A stretch of 64,000 nt of DNA from Opitutales bacterium (GCA_050331815.1 JBHJGM010000004.1:138494-202493); one strand, 5' to 3'. Positions 41,634-51,909 are shown, numbered from the stretch's first letter. The notes: generated from the sequence alone by a model not told the origin. Program-made: numbers and translations.

Positions 41634-41924
41634 ATGGAGACGCACATCGACATCGACTACGTGGCGCGGCTGGCGCGCATCGCGCTGACGCCCGAAGAGA
41701 AGGCGAAGTTTGGCGCGCAACTGGGACAGGTGCTGGAGCATTTCGAGAAGTTAGAAGCTGTGGACGTCTCCAACGTCGAGCCGATGGCCCACGCCTTTCC
41801 GGTGGTCAACGTGCTCGACGCCGATGTGCCCGCGCAGCCCTTCACGCCTGAGGAGGCGCTGCGTAACGCACCCGCCGCCCGCGAAAATCAGATCGTCGTG
41901 CCCAAGGTCGTCGACGATGCCTGA
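41634..41924 (+). CDS. gatC: Asp/Glu-tRNA amidotransferase subunit C
   Basis: YVARLARI...NAP....IVVPKV. Confidence 0.95.
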   Translation: METHIDIDYVARLARIALTPEEKAKFGAQLGQVLEHFEKLEAVDVSNVEPMAHAFPVVNVLDADVPAQPFTPEEALRNAPAARENQIVVPKVVDDA

Positions 41925-41944
41925 GCCCACGCCAGGAGGTTGCC

Positions 41945-43420
41945 GTGTCCGCTGAGATGCACCTGAAGACCGCTGCCGAACTCTCCGCGCTGCTGGAGGC
42001 CGGGGAGACCACCGCCGCCGGGCTGATGGAGGCGCTGATTACGCGTACCGAAAAAGTGGATACACAGGTGCGCGCTTTCAATTCGCGTGACGATGCCGAC
42101 GCGCTCAAGCAGGCCAAGGCCTCGGACGAGCGGCGTGCCGCCGGTGCCGCTTTGGGTCCGCTGGACGGCATCCCCGTCTCCATCAAAGATGTGATTTCGG
42201 TCAAGGGGCAAGCACTCACGGCCTCGAGCAAAATTCTTTCGCGGTATGTTTCGCCGTATGACGCCCACGTGATCGAGCGGCTCAAAGCAGGTGGCGCGGT
42301 CATCTGGGGGCGGCTGAATCTGGACGAATTTGCGATGGGCTCCTCGACGGAGAACAGCGCCACGCACACCACCCGCAACCCCTGGGACACCGAGCGTGTG
42401 CCCGGCGGTTCCTCGGGGGGCAGCGCCGCTGCGGTTGCCGCGGGTGAGGTGCCGCTCACGCTGGGCAGTGATACCGGCGGCTCGATCCGCCAGCCCGCCG
42501 CGCTTTGCGGTGTGGTGGGGCTCAAGCCGACCTATGGTCTGGTCAGCCGCTACGGCCTGGCGGCGTTTGCGTCTTCGCTCGATCAGATTGGGCCCTTCGC
42601 GCGCAGCATCGAGGATAGTGCCTTGTTGCTGCAGGCCATCGCCGGACACGACACGCGCGATTCGACCTCGATCAAGACCGAACTGCCCGATTACCGCGCG
42701 GCGCTCAGCGAAAAAAAAGGCCCCTGGACGCTAGGCGTGCCCAAGGAGTTTTTCATCGATGGGCTGGACCCGGAGGTTGCGCAGGCGGTACGGGCGGCCG
42801 TTGACTGGTATGCGGACGAGGGCTGCACCATCAAGGAGATCAGCCTGCCGCACACCGATCTTTCGGTGCCGGTCTACTATATTGTGGCGACGGCGGAGGC
42901 GTCCTCAAACCTGGCACGCTACGACGGCATTCGTTACACCCGCCGCGCCGAAAAGGCGGCCAGCGGGGTTGATTTGTTTTTCCAGTCGCGGGCCGAGGGC
43001 TTTGGCGAAGAGGTCAAGCGCCGCATCATCCTGGGCACCTACGTATTGTCCAGCGGCTATTACGATGCGTTTTATCTGCGCGCGCAGAAAGTGCGCAGCC
43101 TCATCCGCGCGGACTTTATGAAGGCCTTCGACGACGCGGGTGTGGATGCCGTCATCGGGCCCACCTCGCCCACGCCGGCCTTCAAGATTGGCGAAAAGGC
43201 GGACAACCCGCTGCAGATGTACCTCTCAGACATTTTTACCATTTCCACAAACCTGGCCGGGCTGCCAGGCTTGTCCTTGCCGTGCGGCTTCAGCGAGACG
43301 CCTAAGCTGCCTATCGGCCTGCAATTGATCGGCCAGCCCTTCAAGGAGGCGGACCTGCTGGCCATCGCCCATGCCTATGAGCAGGCGCATGGCTGGAGCC
43401 GCGAAAAGCCCGCCGTGTAA
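41945..43420 (+). CDS. gatA: Asp/Glu-tRNA amidotransferase subunit A
   Basis: NLDEFAMGSSTE, GGSSGGSA, GSDTGGSIRQP, EVKRRIILGT. Confidence 0.97.
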   Translation: MSAEMHLKTAAELSALLEAGETTAAGLMEALITRTEKVDTQVRAFNSRDDADALKQAKASDERRAAGAALGPLDGIPVSIKDVISVKGQALTASSKILSRYVSPYDAHVIERLKAGGAVIWGRLNLDEFAMGSSTENSATHTTRNPWDTERVPGGSSGGSAAAVAAGEVPLTLGSDTGGSIRQPAALCGVVGLKPTYGLVSRYGLAAFASSLDQIGPFARSIEDSALLLQAIAGHDTRDSTSIKTELPDYRAALSEKKGPWTLGVPKEFFIDGLDPEVAQAVRAAVDWYADEGCTIKEISLPHTDLSVPVYYIVATAEASSNLARYDGIRYTRRAEKAASGVDLFFQSRAEGFGEEVKRRIILGTYVLSSGYYDAFYLRAQKVRSLIRADFMKAFDDAGVDAVIGPTSPTPAFKIGEKADNPLQMYLSDIFTISTNLAGLPGLSLPCGFSETPKLPIGLQLIGQPFKEADLLAIAHAYEQAHGWSREKPAV

Positions 43421-43633
43421 TGCCTGGCTTAAACAGATTCAGCCGAAACCACAGAATCAGTAGTCAGAGATGACAGGAGTGAGTAAACAGGATCTTGCCG
43501 TGCGTGTGAATGCACTCGGTGGGGAAGTACATCGTCTTACACCTTGCCCCTTTCAGAGGCGTTTTTTGAATGCTGTCTGAGCCCCTTTTTATGCGCACCT
43601 TGTTCATCGGATTTTGATAGGGCTTATTCTCGC

Positions 43634-45100
43634 ATGGAATACGAAGCGGTCATCGGGTTGGAAGTGCACGTGCAGGTAAAGACACGTTCGAAGATGTTCA
43701 CGCGCGCGCCATACGCCTTTGGCCAGGCGCCCAACACGCTCACCAATCCGGTGGTGATGGGCCTGCCGGGGGCGCTACCGGTGCTCAACGAGGAGGCGAT
43801 CCGCCAGGTGGCGCGCATGGGCCTGCTCTTCGGCTGCACCATCGCCGAACGTTGCAAGTGGGATCGCAAAAACTATTTTTATCCCGATAGCCCGAAGAAC
43901 TACCAAATCTCCCAATACGACCAGCCCTTATGCCTGGGGGGCGAAGTTGAGATCGAGTTGCCGGCGCAGTCGCGCAACGTGATGGGAAGCCATCGGATGG
44001 TGCAACTCACGCGCATCCATCTGGAAGAAGACGTCGGCAAGCTCACGCACTTTCCCAACGACAGCCTCGTGGATTACAACCGGGCCGGTGCCGCCCTCGC
44101 CGAGATGGTGACTGAGCCCGATCTGCACAACTCCGAGGAGGTGGTCGCCTTCCTCAATGCCCTGCGCGTGGACCTGTTCAACGCGGGCATCTCCGACTGC
44201 GACATGGAGAAGGGGCAGTTGCGCTGCGACGCCAATATCTCCGTGCGGCCCAGGGGCAGCGATGTCTTGAATACCCGCACCGAGATGAAAAACCTCAACT
44301 CGGTCTCGGCGGTCAAGGCCAGCGTCGACTACGAGATCAAGCGCCAGATCCGCGTCTATCAGGAGGGCGGGAAGGTTGCCCAGGAAACCCGGCGATGGAA
44401 CCCCGAAACCGGCCACACCTCCTCACTTCGGGGCAAGGAAGAGGCGCACGACTACCGCTACTTTCCCGACCCCGACCTGATGCCCGTCGAGCTGCCGCGC
44501 GAGACTGTCGAGGCGCTCCAGGCGCAGCTGCCTGAAAAGCTCTTTGACTGCCAGCGGCGCTTTATGGAGCAGTTCGGCCTGCCGTACACGGTAACCTCGG
44601 TGATTTGTCCGAATCGCGAGCTGGTGGATTTTTTTGAGGCGGCGGTCGAAGCTCACGACAACCCGGCCGCGCTGGCCAATCTTGTCGCCAACGATCTGCT
44701 GCGCGAGTTGTCCGCCGGTCGCGAGGATGGGCAAGGGTCCCTGCCGCTGGAACGCTGCCCCATCCGCCCGGAGCAACTGGCTGGGCTGGTCCGGCTGATC
44801 GACGAGGGCGCGCTTTCAAAGCAGATCGCCAAGGAGGTCTTTGTCGAGATGTTCCAGACCGGGCAGGACGCCGCGGCGATCGTCGAAGCCAAGGGGCTCA
44901 AGCAAACCTCCGACGCGGGCGAGTTGGAAAAACTCTGTCTGGAGGCCATCGAGGCCAATCCTAAAGCCGCGGAGGAATTTCGCTTCGGCAAGGAAAAGGC
45001 GATCAACGCGCTCAAAGGCAAAGTCATGAAGGCAACCCGCGGCCAGGCCAATCCCGAGGTGGTGGACCAGACGCTGCGCACGCTGCTGTCCGCCGGCTAA
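43634..45100 (+). CDS. gatB: Asp/Glu-tRNA amidotransferase subunit B
   Basis: IGLEVHVQ, RKNYFYPD, HLEEDVGK, RCDANIS, YRYFPDPDL. Confidence 0.98.
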   Translation: MEYEAVIGLEVHVQVKTRSKMFTRAPYAFGQAPNTLTNPVVMGLPGALPVLNEEAIRQVARMGLLFGCTIAERCKWDRKNYFYPDSPKNYQISQYDQPLCLGGEVEIELPAQSRNVMGSHRMVQLTRIHLEEDVGKLTHFPNDSLVDYNRAGAALAEMVTEPDLHNSEEVVAFLNALRVDLFNAGISDCDMEKGQLRCDANISVRPRGSDVLNTRTEMKNLNSVSAVKASVDYEIKRQIRVYQEGGKVAQETRRWNPETGHTSSLRGKEEAHDYRYFPDPDLMPVELPRETVEALQAQLPEKLFDCQRRFMEQFGLPYTVTSVICPNRELVDFFEAAVEAHDNPAALANLVANDLLRELSAGREDGQGSLPLERCPIRPEQLAGLVRLIDEGALSKQIAKEVFVEMFQTGQDAAAIVEAKGLKQTSDAGELEKLCLEAIEANPKAAEEFRFGKEKAINALKGKVMKATRGQANPEVVDQTLRTLLSAG

Positions 45101-45446
45101 TCCAGCGGCGCGATTGCCCGCAGATGCTGAAAAATTTGTGGGAAAATTCCCTAGGGTGTTTTACGGATGAACCGGCTCGTTCGGGGCGTGTACTGCCTGG
45201 CTGGATACAGCCAATGTCCTTGCCAGTGCGTGGCTTCGGCGTTGTTGAAAACGCGAATACAAGAGCGTTGAAAGCCGTAAAGGGCTTTGCTGATGCGGGC
45301 TGGGCGCGATCGGCGCGAACGCAGCGCTTGCCAAATGCCCTAGGCAAGTTTACTGTCTTTTTGTCGTTAAACAGTGCAACCCGCGCGGGTAAGACCCCTG
45401 CCCAGCGCCACCCCCACACGCCGGTTTCGGCCCCCCCCTCACATCC

Positions 45447-45908
45447 ATGCCCAACCCAACTTTTTCCGAGGTCATTGACCAGATTCGTGCAGCCGACCCA
45501 CGCTACGCTCCCGGTGCGTACCACTTCGTGCGGCAGGCGCTGGACTACACGCTGAAGCGTCCCGAGCGTCAGAACGCCGACGGCACCTCGAAGCACGTCA
45601 GCGGACAGGAACTGCTGGAAGGCATTCGCGAGTACGCGCTCGATCAGTACGGCCCGATGTCCATGGTCCTCCTGCACGATTGGGGGTTGAATCGCTGTGA
45701 AGACTTCGGCGAGATTGTTTTCAATCTCGTCGACTTCGGTGTGCTGGGCAAAACCGACAACGACCGGCGCGAAGACTTCGCGGGCGGTTATGCTTTCAGC
45801 GATGCCTTTCTGGCTCCCTTCGAGCCGGTCGTGCGCTCTCGCGAGGCGCAGAATCGCCTGGAAAGCGATGCTTCCGAGACTTCCTTGCAGGAACAGCCGC
45901 GAAACTGA
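45447..45908 (+). CDS. Planctomycete/Verrucomicrobia conserved protein (Minf_1886-like)
   Basis: DPRY...AY.FV..AL, HVSGQEL, GPM...L..WG....DFGEIVFNLV. Confidence 0.82.
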   Translation: MPNPTFSEVIDQIRAADPRYAPGAYHFVRQALDYTLKRPERQNADGTSKHVSGQELLEGIREYALDQYGPMSMVLLHDWGLNRCEDFGEIVFNLVDFGVLGKTDNDRREDFAGGYAFSDAFLAPFEPVVRSREAQNRLESDASETSLQEQPRN

Positions 45909-45979
45909 TTTCCGGAAAAAGCCCCCCGGGCGACATTTTCGGTTTGCGGGGTTGATCTCTTTTCAGCCCGTAGCGAGGT

Positions 45980-48574
45980 TTGGGCGTGCCCGAATCATCC
46001 GTTGTTACTGCGCCCCTGCGAAGACCCGCTGGAGACGAAGCCCTGCTGGAGCGCATCTTGGAAGAAGATGTCGAGCGCATCCAGTTTGAGAACGGCCTGA
46101 CCGTCGTCCTGAAGGAAGACGCCTCGGCAGGGCTGGCTTCGGTGCAGGCGTGGGTACGCACCGGCAGTATTCACGAGGGCCCGCTGGTTGGCTCGGGCCT
46201 GTCGCATTACCTCGAGCACATGCTTTTCAAGGGTACGCACAAACGCGCCTGCCACCAGATCAGCGAAGACATCCATTCCTTCGGCGGCTACGTGAATGCC
46301 TACACCAGCTTTGATCGCACCGTGTACTACATCGAGTGTCCGGGTGAATCCGTGGAGGACGCCGTGGAAATCCTGGGCGACATGGTCCTACGGGCACGTC
46401 TAAGTGACGAGGATGCGCAGACCGAGCGCGAAGTGATCCTGCGCGAAATCGACATGGGTATCGACGACCCCGACCGCCGCCTCTCGCAGACCCTCTTCGC
46501 CACGGCGTTTCGCCAGCATCCGTATCGGCATCCTGTCATCGGCCATCGCGAGCTTTTCAAGCAGGTCTCGCCCGAGCAGTTGCGCGCCTATTACCGGGCG
46601 CGCTACACGCCGTCGAACATCACGGTGGTCGTGGTGGGCAACTTCGACCGCGACAGCCTGCTGGAATCGCTCAAGGCGCACTTTGAGTTTAATGCGAGTC
46701 CGCCGATGGCCCCGGTCTACATCCCCCCGGAGCCCGAGCAGCTTTCCCACCGCGAAACCCGTGCCGATGGCGACGTCTCTATCGTGCGTGGCGGGGTCGC
46801 CTTTGCCATTCCCAACCTGCGCCACCCCGACAGCCCGGCGCTCGATCTGCTCTCATCGATTCTCGGCAATGGCAACAGCTCGATCCTTTGGCAGCGCCTG
46901 CGCGAGGAGCGTAAACTGGTCCACCACATCGACACGCTCAGCTGGAATCCCGGAGAGTTTGGGCTCTTCTGGATTCAGTATGTCTGCGATCCGGGTCGCC
47001 GGCGCGAGGTGGAAGACGCGCTCTTTGAGGAACTGGGCAAGGTGGCCATGGAGGGCATCGCTCCCGATAAGCTGCGCAAGGCGCGGCGTCAGGCCCTGGT
47101 TGGCGAGATCAACGCGCGCAAGACGGTTTCCGGCCAGGCCTCTCGCCTGGGCATGGCCGAGGTTGTGGTGGGTGATCTGGATTATTCGCGCATCTATTTC
47201 AAGCGGCTCGCGAAAATCCAGCCGGAGGATCTGGTGCGCGTGCTCGAACACTACCTTGCGCCCGACCGTCGCATCGCCGTCTCTCTCGAGCCGAAAGGCC
47301 AACTCGCCCCGGCTCCCAAGCGCGGTGTGCGTGGCAAGGCGCTGGAGTTTGAGGAGATTGTTTTGAACAACGGCACACGCATGCTGCTGCAGCCGGATTC
47401 GCGTTTGCCCAAGATTCACGTGCGCATGGCCAGCTTTGGCGGACCGCTGTACGAAGCGCCCGAGGAGCGTGGGCTGACCCAGTTGCTAGCCACCTTGCTC
47501 ACCCGCGACACGGCGGAGCTGTCCGCGCTTGAAGTGGCCGAGACCATCGAGGCCATCGGCGGCAGCTTTTCGGATTTTTGTGGCAACAATGCCTTTGGGG
47601 GCGCGATGGAAGGCCTTTCCGACGACTTCGAGATCCTGCTGCGTCTGTTGCGCTCGAGCGTCTACGATCGTATCACCCATCCGGATACGTTCGAACTTGA
47701 GCGGCGAGCCCAGATCGCCGAAATCCAGGAGGAGGCCGACGAGATTGTCGACTTCGGCCGACGTAAGCTGCGGGAGATCTTCTACGGTGCGCACCCGTTT
47801 GGCTGTCCGTCCATTGGTACCATCGAGGCGCTCGAAGCGGCCACTCCGGCCTCCGTCGATGCCATGGGCGCACGTCTGTTGCGCCCGGAAAACCGTATTT
47901 TCGCCGCCACTGGCGATTTCGAGCGCAACCACCTGCTCGACGTCATCGGGCCCTTTTTTGAGGAAGCGCCTCGGAGCGATTTCAAGCCGGTGGAAGCCCC
48001 TTTTGAGGCGGTGGCCCAAACCGGGCGGGTCGACCTGCCGATGGACCGCCAACAATCGGTGGTCTTTCTGGCCTTTCCCGACTGTGGGGTCACGCACGCC
48101 GATGCGACCGTGGGCGAGGTGGCCGACGAGATTTTCAGCGGCATGTCCAGCGCGTTGTTCCGGCGGGTGCGCGAGGAAAAAGGCATGGCCTACTTTGTGG
48201 GGGCCGCACGCCTGCAGGGCATCGACCAGGGCATGTTCTATCTATACGCCGGCACCCATCCAGACATGGTGGACGCGGTGCTGGAAGAGATGCACGGCGA
48301 ATTGCAGCGGCTGCGCACGGCGGCCATCACGCCCGAGGAGTTGAAGCGTTGCCAGACTCGGCTCAAAGCCCAGAAGCGCATGAGCCTGCAAAGCCCGAGC
48401 GCGCGGGCAATGGACGGCGTGCTCAACGCGCTATACGGGCTGCCTGTCAACGCCGTTAACAGCTACCCCGAGCGGGTCGATGCGGTCACCGTCGACGCGT
48501 TGGCTGCGTTTGGCACCACCTGGCTCAAGCCTGAGCACTCGCTGACCCTCGTTGTCGGACCCTCCGGCAGCTGA
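45980..48574 (+). CDS. M16 (pitrilysin-like) zinc metallopeptidase, two-module
   Basis: Inverted zinc motif HYLEHMLFKGT, NAYTSFDRTVY; second module lacks HxxEH. Confidence 0.93.
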   Translation: MGVPESSVVTAPLRRPAGDEALLERILEEDVERIQFENGLTVVLKEDASAGLASVQAWVRTGSIHEGPLVGSGLSHYLEHMLFKGTHKRACHQISEDIHSFGGYVNAYTSFDRTVYYIECPGESVEDAVEILGDMVLRARLSDEDAQTEREVILREIDMGIDDPDRRLSQTLFATAFRQHPYRHPVIGHRELFKQVSPEQLRAYYRARYTPSNITVVVVGNFDRDSLLESLKAHFEFNASPPMAPVYIPPEPEQLSHRETRADGDVSIVRGGVAFAIPNLRHPDSPALDLLSSILGNGNSSILWQRLREERKLVHHIDTLSWNPGEFGLFWIQYVCDPGRRREVEDALFEELGKVAMEGIAPDKLRKARRQALVGEINARKTVSGQASRLGMAEVVVGDLDYSRIYFKRLAKIQPEDLVRVLEHYLAPDRRIAVSLEPKGQLAPAPKRGVRGKALEFEEIVLNNGTRMLLQPDSRLPKIHVRMASFGGPLYEAPEERGLTQLLATLLTRDTAELSALEVAETIEAIGGSFSDFCGNNAFGGAMEGLSDDFEILLRLLRSSVYDRITHPDTFELERRAQIAEIQEEADEIVDFGRRKLREIFYGAHPFGCPSIGTIEALEAATPASVDAMGARLLRPENRIFAATGDFERNHLLDVIGPFFEEAPRSDFKPVEAPFEAVAQTGRVDLPMDRQQSVVFLAFPDCGVTHADATVGEVADEIFSGMSSALFRRVREEKGMAYFVGAARLQGIDQGMFYLYAGTHPDMVDAVLEEMHGELQRLRTAAITPEELKRCQTRLKAQKRMSLQSPSARAMDGVLNALYGLPVNAVNSYPERVDAVTVDALAAFGTTWLKPEHSLTLVVGPSGS

Positions 48575-48629
48575 GCTGGCTGGTGCATGCGATCGCCAGC
48601 GCGCACTTCAGTAGCTGCAACAGCGCTCC

Positions 48630-49616
48630 TTAAGCGGGGGCGGCAGGCTCCACCGTTGTCGGTAACCCCGCCACGCGCTTTCGGTGCAGGCGGGTGAGCA
48701 GTCCCTTGCCAGGAGCCAGCGCCCAGGCGGCCAGAAAGACCAGGCCTGTCACCACGGCGATCATGCCCGAGGTGCTGGTGCCCGCGAATCCGGTCCAGGC
48801 CGGCTCGAATTGCCGCACCAGTGTATTGATCCATTCGGGTACGAGCAGCGCCAGCACGTGACCCAGCGCCGCGGACACAATACCCACCCCCGCGCTGATC
48901 CAGAGCATGCGCGACAGGCGGTCGGTCAGCAAAGAGGCGGTTGCCGCCGGCACGATCAGCATCGCAATCACAATGATGCTGCCCACCACCTCAAAGGCGG
49001 CGACTGTGGTGACGGCTACCATTGTCATCAACAGGTAGTGCATGAAGCCGGCGTGAATGCCCATCGAGGTGGCCAGGGCCGGGTCGAACGAGCTGAGGCG
49101 CAATTCTTTGAAGAGCGCCAGAATGATCCCGAGGTTCAGCAGCAGGACCGCTCCCAGCACGACCGCCGCGCGCGGCACCGCCAGCACGGAGTTACCCAGG
49201 TCCAGCCGCCAAAACGTATCGGCGTACGTCCACTCGATCGCCCCGTAGAGTACGCAGATGGGGTCGAGGTCGACGTGGTCGGCCGCCTGTACGATCAAGA
49301 GCAAGCCCAAGGCGAACAGCGTGGTGAACACAATCCCCATGGAGGCCCCGCGGTCGACCCGGCCCCAGGTACTGATCGCCTGGACAAACACCGCGGTCAG
49401 CACGCCAACGATCGCCGCACCCACAAACATGGTCAGGCTGGAACGACTGCCCGAAATCAGAAACGCCAGTGCCAGACCCGGCAAAACCGCGTGGCTGATG
49501 GCGTCGCCCATCAGGCTCATCTGCCGCAGCACCAGAAAGCAGCCCGGCAGGGCGCAAGCCACTGCGCACAGCGCCCCCACGATGACAATCCAGGTATCGT
49601 CGACCAGCCAGTTCAT
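48630..49616 (-). CDS. Mn/Zn/Fe ABC transporter permease (TroD-like)
   Basis: GDAISHAVLPG, FKELRLSSFDP, VAAFEVVGSI. Confidence 0.93.
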   Translation of the reverse strand: MNWLVDDTWIVIVGALCAVACALPGCFLVLRQMSLMGDAISHAVLPGLALAFLISGSRSSLTMFVGAAIVGVLTAVFVQAISTWGRVDRGASMGIVFTTLFALGLLLIVQAADHVDLDPICVLYGAIEWTYADTFWRLDLGNSVLAVPRAAVVLGAVLLLNLGIILALFKELRLSSFDPALATSMGIHAGFMHYLLMTMVAVTTVAAFEVVGSIIVIAMLIVPAATASLLTDRLSRMLWISAGVGIVSAALGHVLALLVPEWINTLVRQFEPAWTGFAGTSTSGMIAVVTGLVFLAAWALAPGKGLLTRLHRKRVAGLPTTVEPAAPA

Positions 49617-51085
49617 ACCGAGGTGCCTCCTTCGGTGGCCAGGCGGTGCGGGCTGCCCGGCACCTCGCTGTTGGGCCAGCGCGCCTGCACCTGTTCCTCC
49701 AAGGCCTGCACCATCTCCGGGCTGAGCACGTGCTCCACAGCGTCGGCGTCACGGTCGACGTGGGCGGGCGCAACATCCGCATGGGTGATCAGATAGAGCT
49801 CCCACAGGCGGTGGTTGCGCGTGGTGCGGGCTGCCTCGCCAAAGCCGGCCTCCGACAGTTGCAACGCCTCGCCGGTGCTGCGCTCAATGTGATCCTCGCG
49901 CCGGGCGGCCTCGATCAACTGGCGCAGGCGCTTCGGTGTCCACGAGCGCAGGGGATGCACCTCGGCCAACGGTACGGGGCGGTTGCAAATCGGCTCGCCA
50001 CCGGCCCGTGCGCGTGACTCCAGCACCTCGTACACGGCCCGCAGCAGGTGTTGCCGACCGACTTTGCGGCGCAGTTGGCGCTGGCGTATCCACTGCCTCA
50101 ATACACCGCGAGCGGGTCCAAAAACCAGACTCAGCCCAAACACCCCCGCCGCCGCCAGCACGATCACCGCACCCGCCGGCATGTCTTCGAGCAGCGCGCT
50201 GGCCGCAGCCCCGACCCAGCCGCTGATTCCGCCGATCACGCCCGCCAGCACCAGCATGGTCCGCAGATCATTGGTCCAGAAACGCGCGGCCGCCGCCGGC
50301 GTGATCAGAAACGCGATGATGAGGATCAGGCCCACGGCCCGCAGACCGACCACCGTCACCGCCGCCACCAGCAGCATCAGCAGCGCATCCAGGATGGAGA
50401 CCGGCATCCCCTGGGCGCTCGCAAAACCTTCGTCGAAGGCCAGCAGGGTGAACTCCTTCAGCAGCAACAGCGAGCCGGCTACGGCCAACACGCCGACCGA
50501 TGCGATCAGCACGAAATCATCGAAGACAATGGAGGCCGCCTTCCCGTAGATGAAACTTTCCAGGCCCGCCGCGCTGGCCCCGGGCAGCGTCTGCACCATC
50601 CCCAGCAGCGCCACGCCCAGTCCGAAGAAAACGCTCAACACAATGCCCATGGCGGCATCGTCCTTAATCCGCGTGGTGGCGCGTATGGCCATCACCAATC
50701 CCACGCCGCACAGTCCGCTGATCGCCGCCCCCGCCAGCAGCCCGGCCAGATTTTTTCCCTCCGCGCCAAAGGCCACCAGCAGCAAAAAAGCCAGCGCGAT
50801 GCCCGGCAGACACGCGTGCGAAAGCGCGTCGCCCATCAACGAGCGTTTGCGCAGTAGCAGAAAGCTTCCCGTCAGCCCCGAGGCGATGCCCAGGATGAAA
50901 GTGCTGAGGACGACCAGCCGCGTGTTGTGGTTGGCCAGTGATAGCACCTCCCACGTTTCCTCTAGGGTTGGCAGGGTGACGCGGCCATCGATAAGCGAGC
51001 CTGCCGCCTGCGTCGGTGCGCTAAACAGGCACAGCCAAAGAAGCCCAAGTAGCGTGACCCGGACTCCGCTTGAGCAGCGTTTCAC
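49613..51085 (-). CDS. Metal ABC permease (TroC-like) fused to a C-terminal DtxR-type repressor domain
   Basis: GDALSHACLPG, KEFTLLAFD; C-term RNHRLWELYL...HVDRDADAVEHVL; GTG start overlaps the ATPase stop. Confidence 0.88.
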   Translation of the reverse strand: MKRCSSGVRVTLLGLLWLCLFSAPTQAAGSLIDGRVTLPTLEETWEVLSLANHNTRLVVLSTFILGIASGLTGSFLLLRKRSLMGDALSHACLPGIALAFLLLVAFGAEGKNLAGLLAGAAISGLCGVGLVMAIRATTRIKDDAAMGIVLSVFFGLGVALLGMVQTLPGASAAGLESFIYGKAASIVFDDFVLIASVGVLAVAGSLLLLKEFTLLAFDEGFASAQGMPVSILDALLMLLVAAVTVVGLRAVGLILIIAFLITPAAAARFWTNDLRTMLVLAGVIGGISGWVGAAASALLEDMPAGAVIVLAAAGVFGLSLVFGPARGVLRQWIRQRQLRRKVGRQHLLRAVYEVLESRARAGGEPICNRPVPLAEVHPLRSWTPKRLRQLIEAARREDHIERSTGEALQLSEAGFGEAARTTRNHRLWELYLITHADVAPAHVDRDADAVEHVLSPEMVQALEEQVQARWPNSEVPGSPHRLATEGGTSV

Positions 51086-51900
51086 GAAGCCCGCCCGGCC
51101 GTCTTGAGCGCCTGTCCGGCCTCCTCCAGCAGCGTCAGCTTGCCGCCGTAGGTAGCCTTCAAATTCTCGCGGGTAAAGACCTCCGCGGTGGGCCCGGCGG
51201 CGACCACGCGCAGGTTCAAAAGGATCAGCCAGTCGAAGTACTGCTGCACCGTGGCTAGGTCGTGGTGGACAACCAGGCAAGTGCGTCCTTTCTCCCGCAG
51301 TTCCTGCAACAAAGTGACGATCGCACGCTCGGTTGCGGCGTCTACCGCGGCGAAGGGCTCGTCCATGAAGTAGACCTGGGCATCCTGAGCGAGGGCGCGC
51401 GCCAGAAAGACGCGCTGCTGCTGCCCCCCGGAGAGCTGGCTGATCTGCCGGTCGGCGAGGTGACCGATCCCGACGCGTTCCAGTGCTTCCCGGGCGGCCT
51501 CTCGGTGCGGGCGACCCACCGGGCGCAGCCAGCCGATCTTGCCATACAAACCCATCGCAACCACATCCAGCGCGCTGACCGGAAAGTCCCAATCGACGCT
51601 TTCCCGCTGCGGCACGTAGCCTACCAGCGAGCGCTGGCGACGGTATGGTTTGCCGTAAATGCGCACATCTCCGGAGGCCTTAGGCACCAGGTCCAGGCAG
51701 GCCTTGATCAGGGTGCTTTTGCCCGCGCCGTTGGGCCCAACGATACCGACCAGTTTGCCTTCGGGCACGTCCAGGTCGATGTCCCAGAGAACCGGCTTGC
51801 GCTGGTAGGCGACGGTCAGGTCGTCGATGGCCAGCGGAAAGGAGGCGTCGTGCGTGGCGGCTTCTGCAGCCGGAGAAAGGGAAGGTAGGTTCAGCGTCAT
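51082..51900 (-). CDS. Metal ABC transporter ATP-binding protein (TroB-like)
   Basis: GPNGAGKST, YVPQRESVDWDFP, LSGGQQQR, MDEPF, VHHDL. Confidence 0.95.
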   Translation of the reverse strand: MTLNLPSLSPAAEAATHDASFPLAIDDLTVAYQRKPVLWDIDLDVPEGKLVGIVGPNGAGKSTLIKACLDLVPKASGDVRIYGKPYRRQRSLVGYVPQRESVDWDFPVSALDVVAMGLYGKIGWLRPVGRPHREAAREALERVGIGHLADRQISQLSGGQQQRVFLARALAQDAQVYFMDEPFAAVDAATERAIVTLLQELREKGRTCLVVHHDLATVQQYFDWLILLNLRVVAAGPTAEVFTRENLKATYGGKLTLLEEAGQALKTAGRAS

Positions 51901-51909
51901 GGGTGCGTC

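Noticed and set aside
49613-51592. 659-aa version of the permease-DtxR ORF from the ORF track
   Set aside because: The extension overlaps the ATPase gene in another frame; the GTG at 51085 overlapping its stop is the plausible start.
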